A stretch of 64,000 bases of DNA from Octopus sinensis (lineage: Eukaryota): contig NW_021833253.1 of assembly GCF_006345805.1 (NCBI RefSeq), positions 1-64,000 of the forward strand, read 5' to 3'. Made by a program: the position numbers and the translations under genes. Within the stretch, counting starts at the first letter, position 1. Each line of letters starts with the position of its first letter. The notes under the pieces are model-generated. The model did not search any database. It saw nothing but the letters and a program-made list of their open reading frames with translations, and was not told the origin of the DNA. Positions 23,499-35,696 of the stretch are shown here, piece after piece.

Positions 23499-24047
23499 AA
23501 CAACAAACAAGATGAAGACAAATATCCGTCAAATGTAAATAATGTATAACAATATCTGTCGGAGTGACAACCATCGTCAGAAGACAGATACACAAAGTGG
23601 CAAAAGACCACGTTACAACAAAGCCTAACACTGCTCACCACCCCTATTCCCTTCCCCTCCATCCCAATCTCTATGTTTATCAGATGATGAACATAGAGAT
23701 TGAGAAGCAAATAAAATGATGGTAAAGTGTATGCAGGCTGAAGTCATATGTATGTTTGTGATGTCTACCAAATGCACATGTGAGCTATCTTCTCAGATGC
23801 AAAATGCTGTCCCCCATCCCTGGATCTCCCCAGCTCACACCCTTAGAGGTGACACAATGCTGGCACACTGAAAGGTAGGTCTGGTAAGATTGTTGAGATG
23901 CTTGAATGGAGATGTGTAGATTAGTGCAGCATCCAAGAAGTAAGGTGGAGAGGAAGTTCTGCCAGGTTCTTCACAGGCAAAGAACATGGGTATAAGATTT
24001 TCTGGTAGGGAACACTGATGGGGTCGGGGGCATGGGTATACTCATCA

Positions 24048-24240
24048 TCATCATCATTGTTTAATGTCCATTTTCCATGCTGGCATGAGTTGGACAGTTT
24101 GACTGGGGACTGGCAAGCCACAAGGCCACACACCAGGCTCCAATCTGATCTGGATGCACTTTCTAACACCAACCGCTCTGAGAGTGTAGTGGATGTCTTT
24201 TACGTGCCACTGGCAAAGGAGCCAGTCAGGTGGCACAAGG
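24048..24240 (-). mobile_element. RTE 3' UTR fragment
   Basis: Same family as 8445-8638; (GAT)n tail on the minus strand. Confidence 0.85.
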
Positions 24241-24269
24241 CCTGAAATTTTGGGAGAGAGGTTAATCAA

Positions 24270-24400
24270 TTACATCAACCCCAGTGTGTAACTGGTACTT
24301 ATTTTAACAACCCTGAAAGGATGAAAGGTGAAGCTGACCTCAGTGGAATTTGAACCCAGAACGTTAACACAGATGAAATGTCACTAAACATTTTGTCCAC
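24270..24400 (-). mobile_element. tRNA-derived SINE fragment
   Basis: B box GGTTCAAATTCC followed by TTCATCCTTTCAGGG..AAAATAAGTACCAG; a related remnant lies at ~38840-38900. Confidence 0.6.
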
Positions 24401-24729
24401 ATTTCCCAAACAACAACAACAACAACCAAAAGTACCAATCTTATAAGCCTGATTAATGCCACAACATCACATGGAATACATTGGTGAAAAAAACATCACA
24501 ACCATTTACCCACAAAAGTAAACCAGGTGAACCTAATTTATAAATACTGCTTTGTGTTGGGCCCTCAATTCCTCGATGGGGTTGTAGGGGGGAACTATGC
24601 TGTTGGGTACTTTTAGACCTGGAGAGGCCAGGAGATGTGGCGATTTGCTGTACTTGAAAAACATCACGTGAAGCTAAATAAAATCACTGTCTTCACTGCG
24701 TACAGGTTTGTGCTTTCAGGGGTGGGTGC

Positions 24730-24945
24730 CACATGAAACCACACCCATGCTGGGGCTGTGTGTCAACACACCTGTGCCAGTGGCACATATTAAAAGCACC
24801 CAGCACATTAAGTGGTTGGCATTAGGAAGGACATCCAGCCATAGATTCCATGCCACAACAGACATTTGGACCCTGGCCAGCTCCACTTCAAACAATCCAA
24901 CCCATGCCAGCATGGAAAGTGGACGTTAAATGAGGATGATGATGT
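24730..24945 (+). mobile_element. RTE 3' UTR fragment
   Basis: GGCACATATTAAAAGCACCC...CCAACCCATGCCAGCATGGAAAGTGGACGTTAAATGAGGATGATGATG. Confidence 0.8.
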
Positions 24946-25947
24946 CAATGGCCATCCCTCTGTAGGAATGACCAAAACTGATTTCTTCTAAAAAGAAGGA
25001 GAAAGAGAGAGAGAGAGATAGACAAAAAGAAAGTAAAAGTGAGAGGGAGAGGAAAAATTGACCCCAAAATAATCAAAGACAAAATTGATTCCCGCATTGC
25101 AATGAGTCAGAATGATTGCCACAAAGCATCCTATCTGGTGTTCTACTAACTTTGTGACTTGACCACTTCATTAACACAACAGAATTCACTTAAAAACAAG
25201 TTTATGTCACTAAAACATGTTGTCTTCACACACAACATTTTTTCTCATGATAATTAAGAAACTATTTTTAAAAACCAAAACACAGGACACTTTAAATATT
25301 TAATTAGATTGTTTATAATGAAGATAGCGAACCAGACCAGAGATTGAAAAACTAAAATCTAAAAACATCAATATAATAGAAATACAACAAAATGAAGTTG
25401 ATTATTATGTGTCCGACCCTTGCCAGCATGGAATGTGGATGTTAAATCATGATGGTGATGATGATGTGCGTGCATGTACACTGGTACTGAACTCACAAAC
25501 CACTCCCACAAACAAGCAGCCTTGAGATAGACTTAGGTGCACTCATCCTATCCTGCTGCAAAAACAACACAGATAATACATGAAGCAGAAGAAAAGCATC
25601 ACAAGTCAACTGCGCTCCTATCCTATACACCCTCTACCAACACCCATATGCACCACCAAGTTAACCACAACATCACCTGTTGCACATATATACCCAGCTA
25701 CCACGCAGGGCAGACATATACCCAACTCCATTTTGAACGCTTACTCATCATCATCATCTTCACCTCAATGAAGAAAGCAAACAAACACAAACATATATAT
25801 TTATCTTGCATAAGACTTTGGAAGTGGGGACCTTGGTACAGAATTTCATAGGTTTTGAGTAGTGGGAAACCACCTTTTAGCTAATATTAGTAGTACCTGT
25901 TAGGGTTCCAAATATGGTTTACCTAGCAGCTTTAGGTATAAAACCAC

Positions 25948-26335
25948 CACTATGGAAGCACTCCGTCTGTTACGACGATGAGGGTTCCAGTTGATCCGAT
26001 CAACGGAACAGCCTGCTCGTGAAATTAACGTGTAAGTGGCTGAGCACTCCACAGACACGTGCACCCTTAACGTAGTTCTCGGGGATATTCAGCGTGACAC
26101 AGAGAGTGACAAGGCCGGCCCCTTGAAATACAGGTACAACAGAAACAGGAAGTAAGAGTGAGAGAAAGTTGTGGTGAAAGAGTACAGCAGGGATCACCAC
26201 CATCCCCTGCCAGAGCCTCATGGAGCTTTAGGTGTTTTCGCTCAAAAACACCCCCAACGCCCGGTCTGGGAATCGAAACCGCGATCCTATGACCGCGAGT
26301 CCGCTGCCCTAACCACTGGGCCATTGCGCCTCCAC
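25948..26335 (-). mobile_element. tRNA-derived SINE, full length (~390 bp)
   Basis: Head GTGGAGGCGCAATGGCCCAGTGGTTAGGGCAGCGGACTCGCGGTCATAGGATCGCGGTTTCGATTCCC with A and B boxes, followed by a non-tRNA body. Confidence 0.85.
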
Positions 26336-27354
26336 CAAAACCACCACTACCATGTGTGTTGGCAGGGAGAAAATGCATCTTGATTATATTTGAGATACCT
26401 GGCAGCCTACTGAAACCAGCCCAGACTAATCTAGCATGTTATCAATTCCAATGGTGTCACTGGTTAAGGCAGGTGTACAAGTACCACTGGTGAGGGCAAG
26501 TGTACACATGTACACATTGTCTACCCTACATAAAATTATGTGAGGGCCATCTGTGGATCCCTTCCTACAATCCAGTAATAATTTGATGTGATGCAGCATG
26601 CCTTTGCTGATCTTGGGAAAGTCTCATCTCATTTCTGTCTTGACACTCCATCTGATGTACTGCAGCATGTCATTACTTGTATCAACTCACAGTCTGAGGT
26701 GTGTGTGTGTGAGTTGGGGGGGGGGTCATGTAGTGTGTCAAGGAAACCATATTTAGCTGTCATGCATCAGCACAGTTGTGCTTTGGCAATTGCTGCCTAT
26801 TAGAGATGGTCGCACAGCTATAAATACGGTGTCACCTGACCAGAAAGGGATGTTATTTCTAGTCAGTCAAATAACAGCTAGCAGAAGACTTCGACAAGAT
26901 TACAGCTATTTTCAGTGGGACTTCAGAAGGGCACTACCTCTGACGGCATTACTTCGACATGAACAGCTGTGTTATTTCACCGACTTAATGCCATAAACTT
27001 TGGGATTACAGAAACCACACACAGAGAATCCCATTATTCTCTATGGACCAAACTTGCCTGTTTAAACTTCTTACTGCATTTATTGCAGTATGCTTCCACC
27101 TATGTATGTAGTAGTGAGTCCAATAGGCTTCTTGAATCCTACATAAAACTGTCTACACACATTGCAACCCAAATAAATTAAGGTGTTTATTATAATATAG
27201 CTTTCTGATGTATTTTCTCAATGCCTCACAGATGCAACTCTTTCATTGATTCCCACTTTGTGTATTTAGTTGGTAACACACTAAAACTGGTGAAAATTAA
27301 CTCAAGTTACATTCTTACATAGTTATATTTGGACACAGAAACAACTCTGCCGCA

Positions 27355-28825
27355 AATGTTATCGCAGGGTAAGGACAATACTTAAGACAGAGCTAAACGC
27401 AAGAAACACAACCAAAGCGATCAATACTTTAGCCATACCGGTCGTGACTTACAGTTTCAATATCGTTAACTGGTCAATTACTGAAATCTGTAATCTTGAC
27501 AGAAAAATACGAAAACTGTTGACAATGCATAGAATGCACCACCCTAAGGCTGATATAGAGCGACTTTATCTGCCAAGAAAGGAGGGAAGTCATGGTCTTT
27601 TACAACTGGCAATAACAATGAAGATTGCTACGATTGGCCTAGACACCTACCTGAAAAAGTCTGAGGACTGGATGTTAAAACTTGTCTCAAAACATGAAAA
27701 CAAGAAAGCATCATACTTAGTAACAAAACCGGCAAAGGAATATCTAAGTGAATTCCGAATACAACAAATTTTGGAATTAGACACACAAGAAACAAGCACA
27801 GAAAAAGCTAAGCGCATGAAAACACATGCTAAAACTGCTGCCTTAGATATTCTTACGGATAAATGGCAAGAAAAACCTCTCTATGGCAAATACCCAAAGA
27901 GAGTGAATGATGCAGATGTTGACAAAGCCCTGACCCATCAATGGCTTAAAATCTGAAACAGAGGGGTTTATCATAGCAGCTCAAGATCAATGCCTACCAA
28001 CAAGAAACTACCAGGCCAACATATTAAAGATCAGAAGCAGTCCAACGGGTCGTGTATGCAAGCAACAAAATGAAACCATTGACCATGTTGTCTCCAAGTG
28101 CAGTCTTCTAGCACCTACAGAGTATCTCAACAGGCACGATAGAGCTGCACAATATATTCACTGGGTAATCTGTAAAAACCTGGATTTGCCCCATGAAAAA
28201 AACTGGTGGGAACACAAACCACCCCCAGTGCTTGAAAATGACCACATCTCACTCCTCTGGAACTTCACCATTCAACTGTCAGATAGATGCAAATAGGCCA
28301 GACATCATATTGAAAGACTTCAAACAAGAACATGCCTCCTCATTGATATGACTGTCCCAATCGATATAAACGTATCTGTCAAGACCTACCAAAAACTGAG
28401 CAAATATAAAGATCTTGAAATAGAAATCAGCAAAATGTGGAACCTGAAGACTAAAACAATACCTGTTGTCATAGGTGCCCTGGGAATGATAGCAAAAGGG
28501 GCTGATAGCTACCTAACTCAGATACCAGGAAACCCAATAATGGCAGAAATTCAAAAGATAGTGCTCATGGGAACTGCTCATATCCTACGCAAAATACTTT
28601 GTATGTAATCTCAAGGTTTAAAACAAACATAATTTTCAGTTTAAAAAAAAAAATTAAAAAGAAAAATTTTTTTAGACATTCATTAGTACAACACCCCCAC
28701 CCCCCAAATATATGGCACACTAGGTATAACAACAACATGAACTTCCAACCCTGTTGTCTCTTGAGATCTCTGGGTGAGACTTGGAGCCAACTTGTACAAA
28801 TATAAAGCAAAAGTCAAACATAGAA
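27355..28825 (+). mobile_element. R4/Dong-clade non-LTR element with restriction-like endonuclease, 5'-truncated copy 1 with 3' UTR and (AAT)n tail
   Basis: RLYLPRKEG..GL, ETEGFIIAAQDQ, C..C....ETIDHVVSKC, RPDII...LIDMTVP, KLSKYKDL, IPVVIGALG. Confidence 0.9.
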
Positions 28826-28865
28826 TAATAATAATAATAATGATATTAATAATAATAATAATAAT

Positions 28866-28908
<43 letters not shown>
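28826..28908. repeat. (AAT)n microsatellite
   Basis: Directly visible. Confidence 0.95.
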
Positions 28909-28911
<3 letters not shown>

Positions 28912-29458
28912 GCCCTGATGCAGTACCAGGCAGTGGCTTCTGATCTTAACTGATTGGAAGTGTTATCATGTACATTGTTTTGTCTTGGTATAAAAGATGG
29001 GCTACAGCAAATATTCTGCTCAATACCACAGATTTGCTTGTCAGTTGTTTGACCTTAACCAGTTGAGCATGTCCCTTAGTGGCTGACGATATGTGCATCT
29101 CTGATCACGAGCAGAAGTAGTGGGGGAGCATCATAGCCATGTGTTGAGAGGGATTCTTTGGGGTTTGAATAGTTCACCTCTGGAAACATGGGTGGTTCTT
29201 TCAACATCCTTAAACAACCCTTATTCAGGGACCGTTTGAGCGGGATGGGCTACTCAACCTGAAGAAAATTCTAACTGGGCCCCACCTGCAAGGTCATGTG
29301 CTGTTTATCTTGATATGAGATCACCATGTCGCGCACATATGGTTGTGATGCATGTGCCTGGTGTACCTTTATCAGACGGGTAGTCATGATGGGTATATTG
29401 GGCTTCGTAAATTTTACCCCAGTGTCACTTTGATGGCATGAACTGCTCTCTCACTCAA
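28909..29458 (+). mobile_element. ~550-bp non-coding interspersed repeat bounded on both sides by (AAT)n
   Basis: Sharp borders against AAT arrays, no ORF, ends CTCTCTCACTC-(AAT)n. Confidence 0.5.
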
Positions 29459-29655
29459 TAATAATAATAATAATATAATAATAATAATATAATAATATAT
29501 AATAATAATATTAATAATAATATAATAATAATAATAATATTAATAATAATAATAATAATAATGATGATGGTGATGGTGATGATGATAATGATGATGGTAA
29601 TGGTGGTGAAAATGATGATAGTGATGGTAATGGTGATGATAATAACAATAATAAG
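29459..29655. repeat. (AAT)n / (GAT/GGT)n compound microsatellite
   Basis: Directly visible. Confidence 0.95.
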
Positions 29656-29699
29656 CCGACTACGGCTGCTATAATGGTACGATTATAATTGTAACGGCA

Positions 29700-30135
29700 A
29701 TGATGGCCGTCTCCCCACGAGCCAATCAAAGCTAAAAAATGATAACATTATCGTAGCACCAAAATGTTTTTGGAAACTAAAAGGAAAACTAAATCAGTAT
29801 ACCAAATCGCTTGTCCTATGGTTAATCTGGAAGCGCGTCCCCAGGGAAGAGCCAGCCTGGGATCGAAAAGTCATCAACTGGCACAAACTCTCTCCGAATA
29901 CGGACATGGATGGTCACTTGAACGGGAAATCCCCCAACTCGAGCCCTCCAAGTTCACCACCACAACCACCACAGAAAGAAAAATGTAAGCGGAACAAATG
30001 GACCCGAGAAGAGTATAAAGAAGTAATATATGCTTATTACTATGCATTAGGTAGGCCATCTCAAGAGAGACGCACCGCAAACTCTTACAGTATATGGAGA
30101 ACACGGAATCAAGACAGTAGGCCCTATTTGGATTT
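29700..30135 (+). mobile_element. 5' end of an R4/Dong-type element (N-terminal coding remnant)
   Basis: RNKWTREEYKEVIYAYYYALGRPSQ...SIWRTRN resembles the N-terminal motif of R4/Dong ORFs. Confidence 0.6.
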
Positions 30136-30319
30136 TAGTTTAACTTAAAAAAAAAAAAAAAAGTTTAAGAAAATGAACGAACTATTGAGTTTGGTTTAAT
30201 GGCCTACCAATGTATACTATGAGTTTCTTTGCCCTAGGAGTCGGGAAGACACTCGGCAAGAAATGGAAGAAAATTTGAAAGAAGAAAAAAAAAATAATAA
30301 TAATACTAATGATAATGAT

Positions 30320-30375
<56 letters not shown>

Positions 30376-30381
<6 letters not shown>

Positions 30382-31636
30382 GAGCAATACTCAAGACAGA
30401 GCTGAATGCAAGAAACAGGATCGAAGTGATCAATGCTTTAGCCATATCAGTCGTGACTTACAGTTTCAATATCGTTAACTGGTCAATTACTGAAATCTGT
30501 AATCTTGACAGAAAAATACGAAAACTGTTGACAATGCATAGAATGCACCACCCTAAGGCTGATATAGAGCGACTTTATCTGCCAAGAAAGGAGGGAAGTC
30601 ATGGTCTTTTACAACTGGCAATAACAATGAAGATTGCTACGATTGGCCTAGACACCTACCTGAAAAACTCTGAGGACTGGATGTTAAAACTTGTCTCAAA
30701 ACATGAAAACAAGAAAGCATCATACTCAGTAACAAAACCGGCAAAGGAATATCTAAGTGAATTCCGAACACAACAAATTTTGGAATTAGACACACAAGAA
30801 ACAAGCACAGAAAAAGCTAAGCGCATGAAAACACATGCTAAAACTGCTGCCTTAGATATTCTGAATGATAAATGGCAAGAAAAAACTCTCTATGGCAAAT
30901 ACCCAAAGAGAGTGAATGATGCAGATGTTGACAAAGCCCTGACCCATCAATGGCTAATAGCCTCTGGCTTAAAATCTGAAACAGAGGGGTTATCATAGCA
31001 GCTCAGATCAATGCCTACCTACAAGGAACTACCTGGCCAACATATTAAAGGATGGCAGTAGCCCAACATGTCGTGTATGTCAACAGCAAAATGAAACCAT
31101 TGATCATGTTGTCTCCAAGTGCAGTCTTCTCGCGCCTATGGAGTATCTCAACAGGCATGATAGAACTGCACAATATATTCACTGGGTAATTTGCAAATAT
31201 TTGGACCTGCTCCATGATAAAAACTTGTGGGACACAAACCATCTCCAGAGCTTGAAAATGACCACATCTCACTCCTCTGGAACTTTACTGTTCAAACTAA
31301 CAGAAAGCTAGATGCAAATAGGTCGGATATTATATTGAAAGACTTCAGACAAAGAACATGCCTCCTCATTGATATGACTGTACCAATCGATATAAACGTA
31401 TCTGTCAAGACCTACCAAAAACTGAGCAAATATAAAGATCTTGAAATAGAAATCAGCAAAATGTGGAACCTGAAGACTAAAACAATACCTGTTGTCATAG
31501 GTGCCCTGGGAATGATAGGAAAAGGGGCTGATTGCTACCTAACTCAGATACCAGAAAACCCCAAAATGGCAGAAATTCAAAAGATAGTGCTCATGGGAAC
31601 TGCCCATACCCTACATAAAATAGAATCTATGTAACC
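30376..31636 (+). mobile_element. R4/Dong-clade element, 5'-truncated copy 2
   Basis: Same motifs as copy 1; begins directly after (AAT)n; near-identical to copy 1 over long tracts. Confidence 0.9.
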
Positions 31637-32366
31637 CTCAAAACATTTTAACCGGCAAAAAGTCAAAATATTTTTAAATGTATATCTTAACAAACACCTT
31701 TTCCCGCCATCTTCATGTCAGACTATCATCTTATAATGAAATTACTTTTGAAGCCATCTTTTAATTTACTTATGTTTTCAGGGAGCTGGAGGGGAGGTGG
31801 AGGAGCAATGAAGAGAAAAGTGGAGAAAGAAGGAAAGAAAGAAAGAGAGAGAGAAGGAAAACGATAAAGAAAGAAAAGAAACGAAAGAAAGAAAACATGT
31901 AAACAAAAACCCATTTGTCATGTTACGGCCTTTTAACGCCGCACCCAAGAAATCAAAATGAAAGCAATAAAATTAAGACAGAAAATGAATCTCAGTAAAA
32001 AAAAATGACGTAACGTGTAAATATATTTCCGTGATCAACAAACATTACAGAGTAACCTTTTACTAAAGCGGCTTCAATTAATAGAAAACCTGTTGGGAAA
32101 TCTTGGATAAATAATTCCCACGTTTTCGATGATAACAAATTATTCCGATTTCGCTAAAAACCACACGGCACTTCAAACTTCGAACTTGTCCCTCCCACCC
32201 CGCATTTATCAATGTATACAGGCATTGTATAAGTGTATATGTATGAAATGTATACTATATCTGTATGTACGTATGTATTACATCGATCAATAAAGAACCG
32301 AAAGAAAAATAGAATCTGTTTATTCAGAGATTCTTTCAAGCCAAATCCAAACAAGTTTCCACATAC

Positions 32367-32510
32367 CTCTTCGGTTGCGTCTCACTACAACTTCTGTTTC
32401 AATCCTAGCCCGGATTTGCTATATATTTTCATTCTACTGGGGCGGTGGTCATTTGCCAGAAATGCCTCCATCGTCTTAAATATCAACACGAAACTGGCGT
32501 GTTAGTATCC
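32367..32510 (-). other. Candidate 144-nt non-coding exon
   Basis: Minus-strand acceptor TTGTTTCACTATCAG| and donor GAG|GTATGT; relatively GC-rich; no long open frame. Confidence 0.4.
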
Positions 32511-32730
32511 CTGATAGTGAAACAATTGTCTTTTTCTAGGGTGTGGCCTATATGAGGAGATTTGGCTGCCATACGTACACACGCACACATTCTGAAAACG
32601 GAGAGGAAACAAATCCATGTAGTTATAATGTAAGGAAAAGTATTGAAATCGATTTTGTAAAGTATTTGTAAAGCAATGGAGAGACGGGATTAAAGAAATT
32701 AAATTAGGAAGATGTAAAACGAAGACTTAC

Positions 32731-32825
32731 CTCGTCACAACTCTGAGCAAAAGTGAAACTTGAAACTTTATTTGATCGTTTTTAAGCTATTGATTGGTTT
32801 AACAACAACTTTGTATGACATCAGT
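32731..32825 (-). promoter_or_regulatory. Candidate promoter and short first exon (duplicated at ~38147-38240)
   Basis: Donor GAG|GTAAGT at 32731, CCAAT (ATTGG 32793-32797) and CRE-like TGACATCA (32816-32823); all conserved in the second copy. Confidence 0.45.
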
Positions 32826-34332
32826 GTTTTTCCGAGAAAAAGAAACACTTCCCCCTCTGCCCTCTTTTAACACAATTTACCTTGAAATATATTTTATTAT
32901 TAATTACAACAGACGACATAAAGAAAACTTTTCAAAAGAAGAAAAATCTGAAATAGTTTTTTTTATAGGAGACTTTATCTGGTTTTCTCCAATGGCATGT
33001 TTTTTCCACAGACCTTCAGTTTATGCGTACACATACACACGCACGGACTTAGCTTCGCTCACATAATATTTATTTGGGTCATATCATTGCAAAACCTGAC
33101 TGCTGTAAGTGGTGAGTCTGGTGACCACACACACACACACACACACTACTTTACTGTTCAAACTGACAGAAAGACATGCAAATAGGTCAGACACGATATT
33201 GAAGACAAGCAGTATAGCCCGGCTTTTTCTCGAGATTAAGTTTGGATTATTAAGCTAATCAAGCTCTTTATTTCAAAGCAAACTAGGTAACATCGACGTC
33301 AAATTTGAGTGAAATCCGTTGAAATTGGTAAACTTTTGGCTGAAATTTTGCAGACAATTTGATTGGGAAATCCCATAAGGAATCGGTTTATCGATATTTT
33401 TCCACTCATCGATTATTTTCTTTTCTTGAACAACTTAAAGCATTCAAAGATCCCATGAGTCCTAAATAATGCTGGCATCAAGTTTGAACAAAATACAGCA
33501 AAATTAGTAGACGTTATGGTTGAAAATGGGGTGTAGCCAATTTTAGTGGGAAGTCCTATAAGGAATCGATTTTTTAAATCCTGATTAAATGGAAAAGCCC
33601 ATAAGGAATCTGTTTATTGATTTTTCACCCCAAATAGGACTTAACCGAACATTGCTGATTCAAAAACATCTATATTTATACTTTAAAGTTGGTTTTCATA
33701 CCCAACCCAGTTCTGCAGAATCAATGTCGCAACAGGAGCGCATGGGTTGGGAGTTTGATCAGCAGAGGTGATCAGGCTCCATATGCCAATCCTTTTTAAA
33801 ACACCACCCCCATCATGTAACCCTACTTGCCCATGGGTTGGGAACCCTTCCAGCAAGGAAAATAGAATGCCCAAAAGGGCACCCGATCAGTGTGTGAGAA
33901 GCGGTTAAGTTCAGATCACAACTAAGTATATATATATATGTGGGCAACACACACAAACACATACGTACATACACCTATTGCATACATGTTTTTGCATACC
34001 TTTGCCCCTGCGCCTGTCCCACCACCACCTCCTACCCGAGTAATACCATCAATTGAAGCAAATTTGGCACCCGGACGTAAGTTTTGCAGGTGGAACAGAG
34101 AAGCCTACCTTCTCCCGCAGAGATGTGAGAGTCAGATCTCTCCTTTCGAAAACATGAACAGCTTCGAAACATTGTTTACAAAATAATAGCTGATCGTTTG
34201 CGAAGGAGCGTGTCTACAGTCAACACATAAGTCTTTTGATCTGGTAACCTTTGCTATCTCCCATGTTCATGCACGACCAGCTATATATCACTATGAGTAG
34301 AGCAACGTATATATATATATATATATACAGGC

Positions 34333-34365
<33 letters not shown>

Positions 34366-34809
34366 TGCATACATGTGTTTTGTACGCATACATGCTCATG
34401 CGTGTGTGTGTGTGTGTGTGGCTGAAGCCATTCACACATACATAACAAACCCTGTCTGTCAATCACTCACTAAAAGACGAAATTTTAAAATCTGTTATCT
34501 CTCTCTCTCTTCCTCCTTCTCCCTCCCTCTCTTTACACCGTCGCTAGAAGGGGACTTAACTCATATTTGCAAATGATCGTGTATTTCTTTGACTTGAAAA
34601 TTGTAAGAAGTTATGGCTCAAAATTATTTATCGCTCTTCGCGGGTGCCTCAGGGGAAAATAATTTGACGAAAATACAGCTACGATTGTGACGAATGTCCT
34701 CTTAAAATTTGAGCGACATGCATGCTAATTTGTGGATGTGCATAAACTACATTCATGTACACGCACACATATACACACACACACATCCTGCCTTTTATAT
34801 ATACAGATT

Positions 34810-35097
34810 TTCAGACAAAATCTTGCCTCCTCATTAATATAGCTGTCCCAATCGACATAGATGTGTCTGTCAAGACCTACCAAAAACTAAGCAAATATAA
34901 AGATCTTGAAATAGAAATCAGCAAAATGTGGAACCTGAAGACTAAAACAATACCTGTTGTCATAGGTGCCCTGGGAATGATAGGAAAAGGGCTGATTGCT
35001 ACCTAACTCAGATACCAGAAAACCCCAAAATGGCAGAAATTCAAAAGATAGTGCTCATGGGAACTGCCCATATCCTACATAAAATAGAATCTATGTA
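34810..35097 (+). mobile_element. R4/Dong 3' fragment, part of the local duplication
   Basis: SCLLINIAVPIDIDVSVKTYQKLSKYKDL..., followed by the same downstream flank as copy 2. Confidence 0.85.
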
Positions 35098-35557
35098 ACC
35101 CTCAAAACATTTTAACCGGCAAAAAGTCAAAATATTTTTAAATGTATATCTTAACAAACACCTTTCCCCGCCATCTTCATGTCAGACTATCATCTTATAA
35201 TGAAATTACTTTCGAAGCCATCTTTTAATTTACTTATGTTTTCAGGGAGCTGGAGGGGAGGTGGAGGAGCAATGAAGAGAAAAGTGGAGAAAGAAGGAAA
35301 GAAAGAAAGAGAGAGAGAAGGAAAACGATAAAGAAAGAAAAGAAACGAAAGAAAGAAAACATGTAAACAGAAACCCATGTGTCAGGTTACGGCCTTTTAA
35401 CGCCGCACCCAAGAAATCAAAATGAAAGCAATAAAATTAAGAGAGAAAATGAATCTCAGTAAAAAAAAAGATGATGATGTAAGGTGTAAATAGATTTCCG
35501 TGATCAACAAACATTACAGAGTAACCTTTTACTAAAGCGGCTTCAATTAATAGAAAT

Positions 35558-35684
35558 AAATTATTGTTATTATTGTTATTATTATTATAATATTTATTTT
35601 TATTATTATTATTTAGGTCACTGCCTGGAATCGAACTCAGAATTTTGGGGTTAGTAGCCCATGCTCTTAACCACTACGCCACAT
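35558..35684 (-). mobile_element. Stand-alone tRNA-like head plus AAT-rich tail (same head as in the Penelope pseudo-LTR)
   Basis: TGGCGTAGTGGTTAAGAGCATGGGCTACTAACCCC...GAGTTCGATTCCAGGCAGTGACCTAAATAATAAT; absent from the paralogous site at ~32085-32100. Confidence 0.7.
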
Positions 35685-35696
35685 TTGGAAATCTTG

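Larger units (their letters stand above)
20719..23546 (-). mobile_element. Penelope-like element (RT plus GIY-YIG) with sense 3' pseudo-LTR and inverted 5' pseudo-LTR
   Basis: RT motifs (SLDVISLFTKVP, GLAIGLPLSP, WLRYVNDTF, LAFLD), GIY-YIG (MYSIPC...YKGET), inverted pLTR at ~23352-23546, target duplication (A)TAACAATATCT at 20707-20718 and 23546-23557. The ORF is broken by stops and frameshifts. Confidence 0.92.
31400..33010. repeat. Locally duplicated module, copy A (partial copies at ~34810-35700 and ~37640-39510)
   Basis: 31400-32090 matches 34860-35557; 31750-32010 matches 37690-37900; 32590-32880 matches 38010-38290; 32900-33000 matches 39360-39510. Confidence 0.88.

Noticed and set aside
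23560-23592. Minus-strand CTGACGA...CCGACAG as a hammerhead
   Set aside because: GAAA is absent, there is no stem I, and it lies outside the PLE target duplication.
25500-25760. Degenerate GIY-YIG-like remnant (ITCC...YHAGQT)
   Set aside because: Similarity is too weak to call without a profile search.
29680-29750. HDV-like ribozyme at the R4/Dong 5' end (CGT-CTCCCC-ACG, GCTAA)
   Set aside because: No P2 or P4 pairing can be built.
32965-32995. HTGEKP zinc-finger linker on the minus strand
   Set aside because: It is one base short and has no flanking Cys/His pattern.
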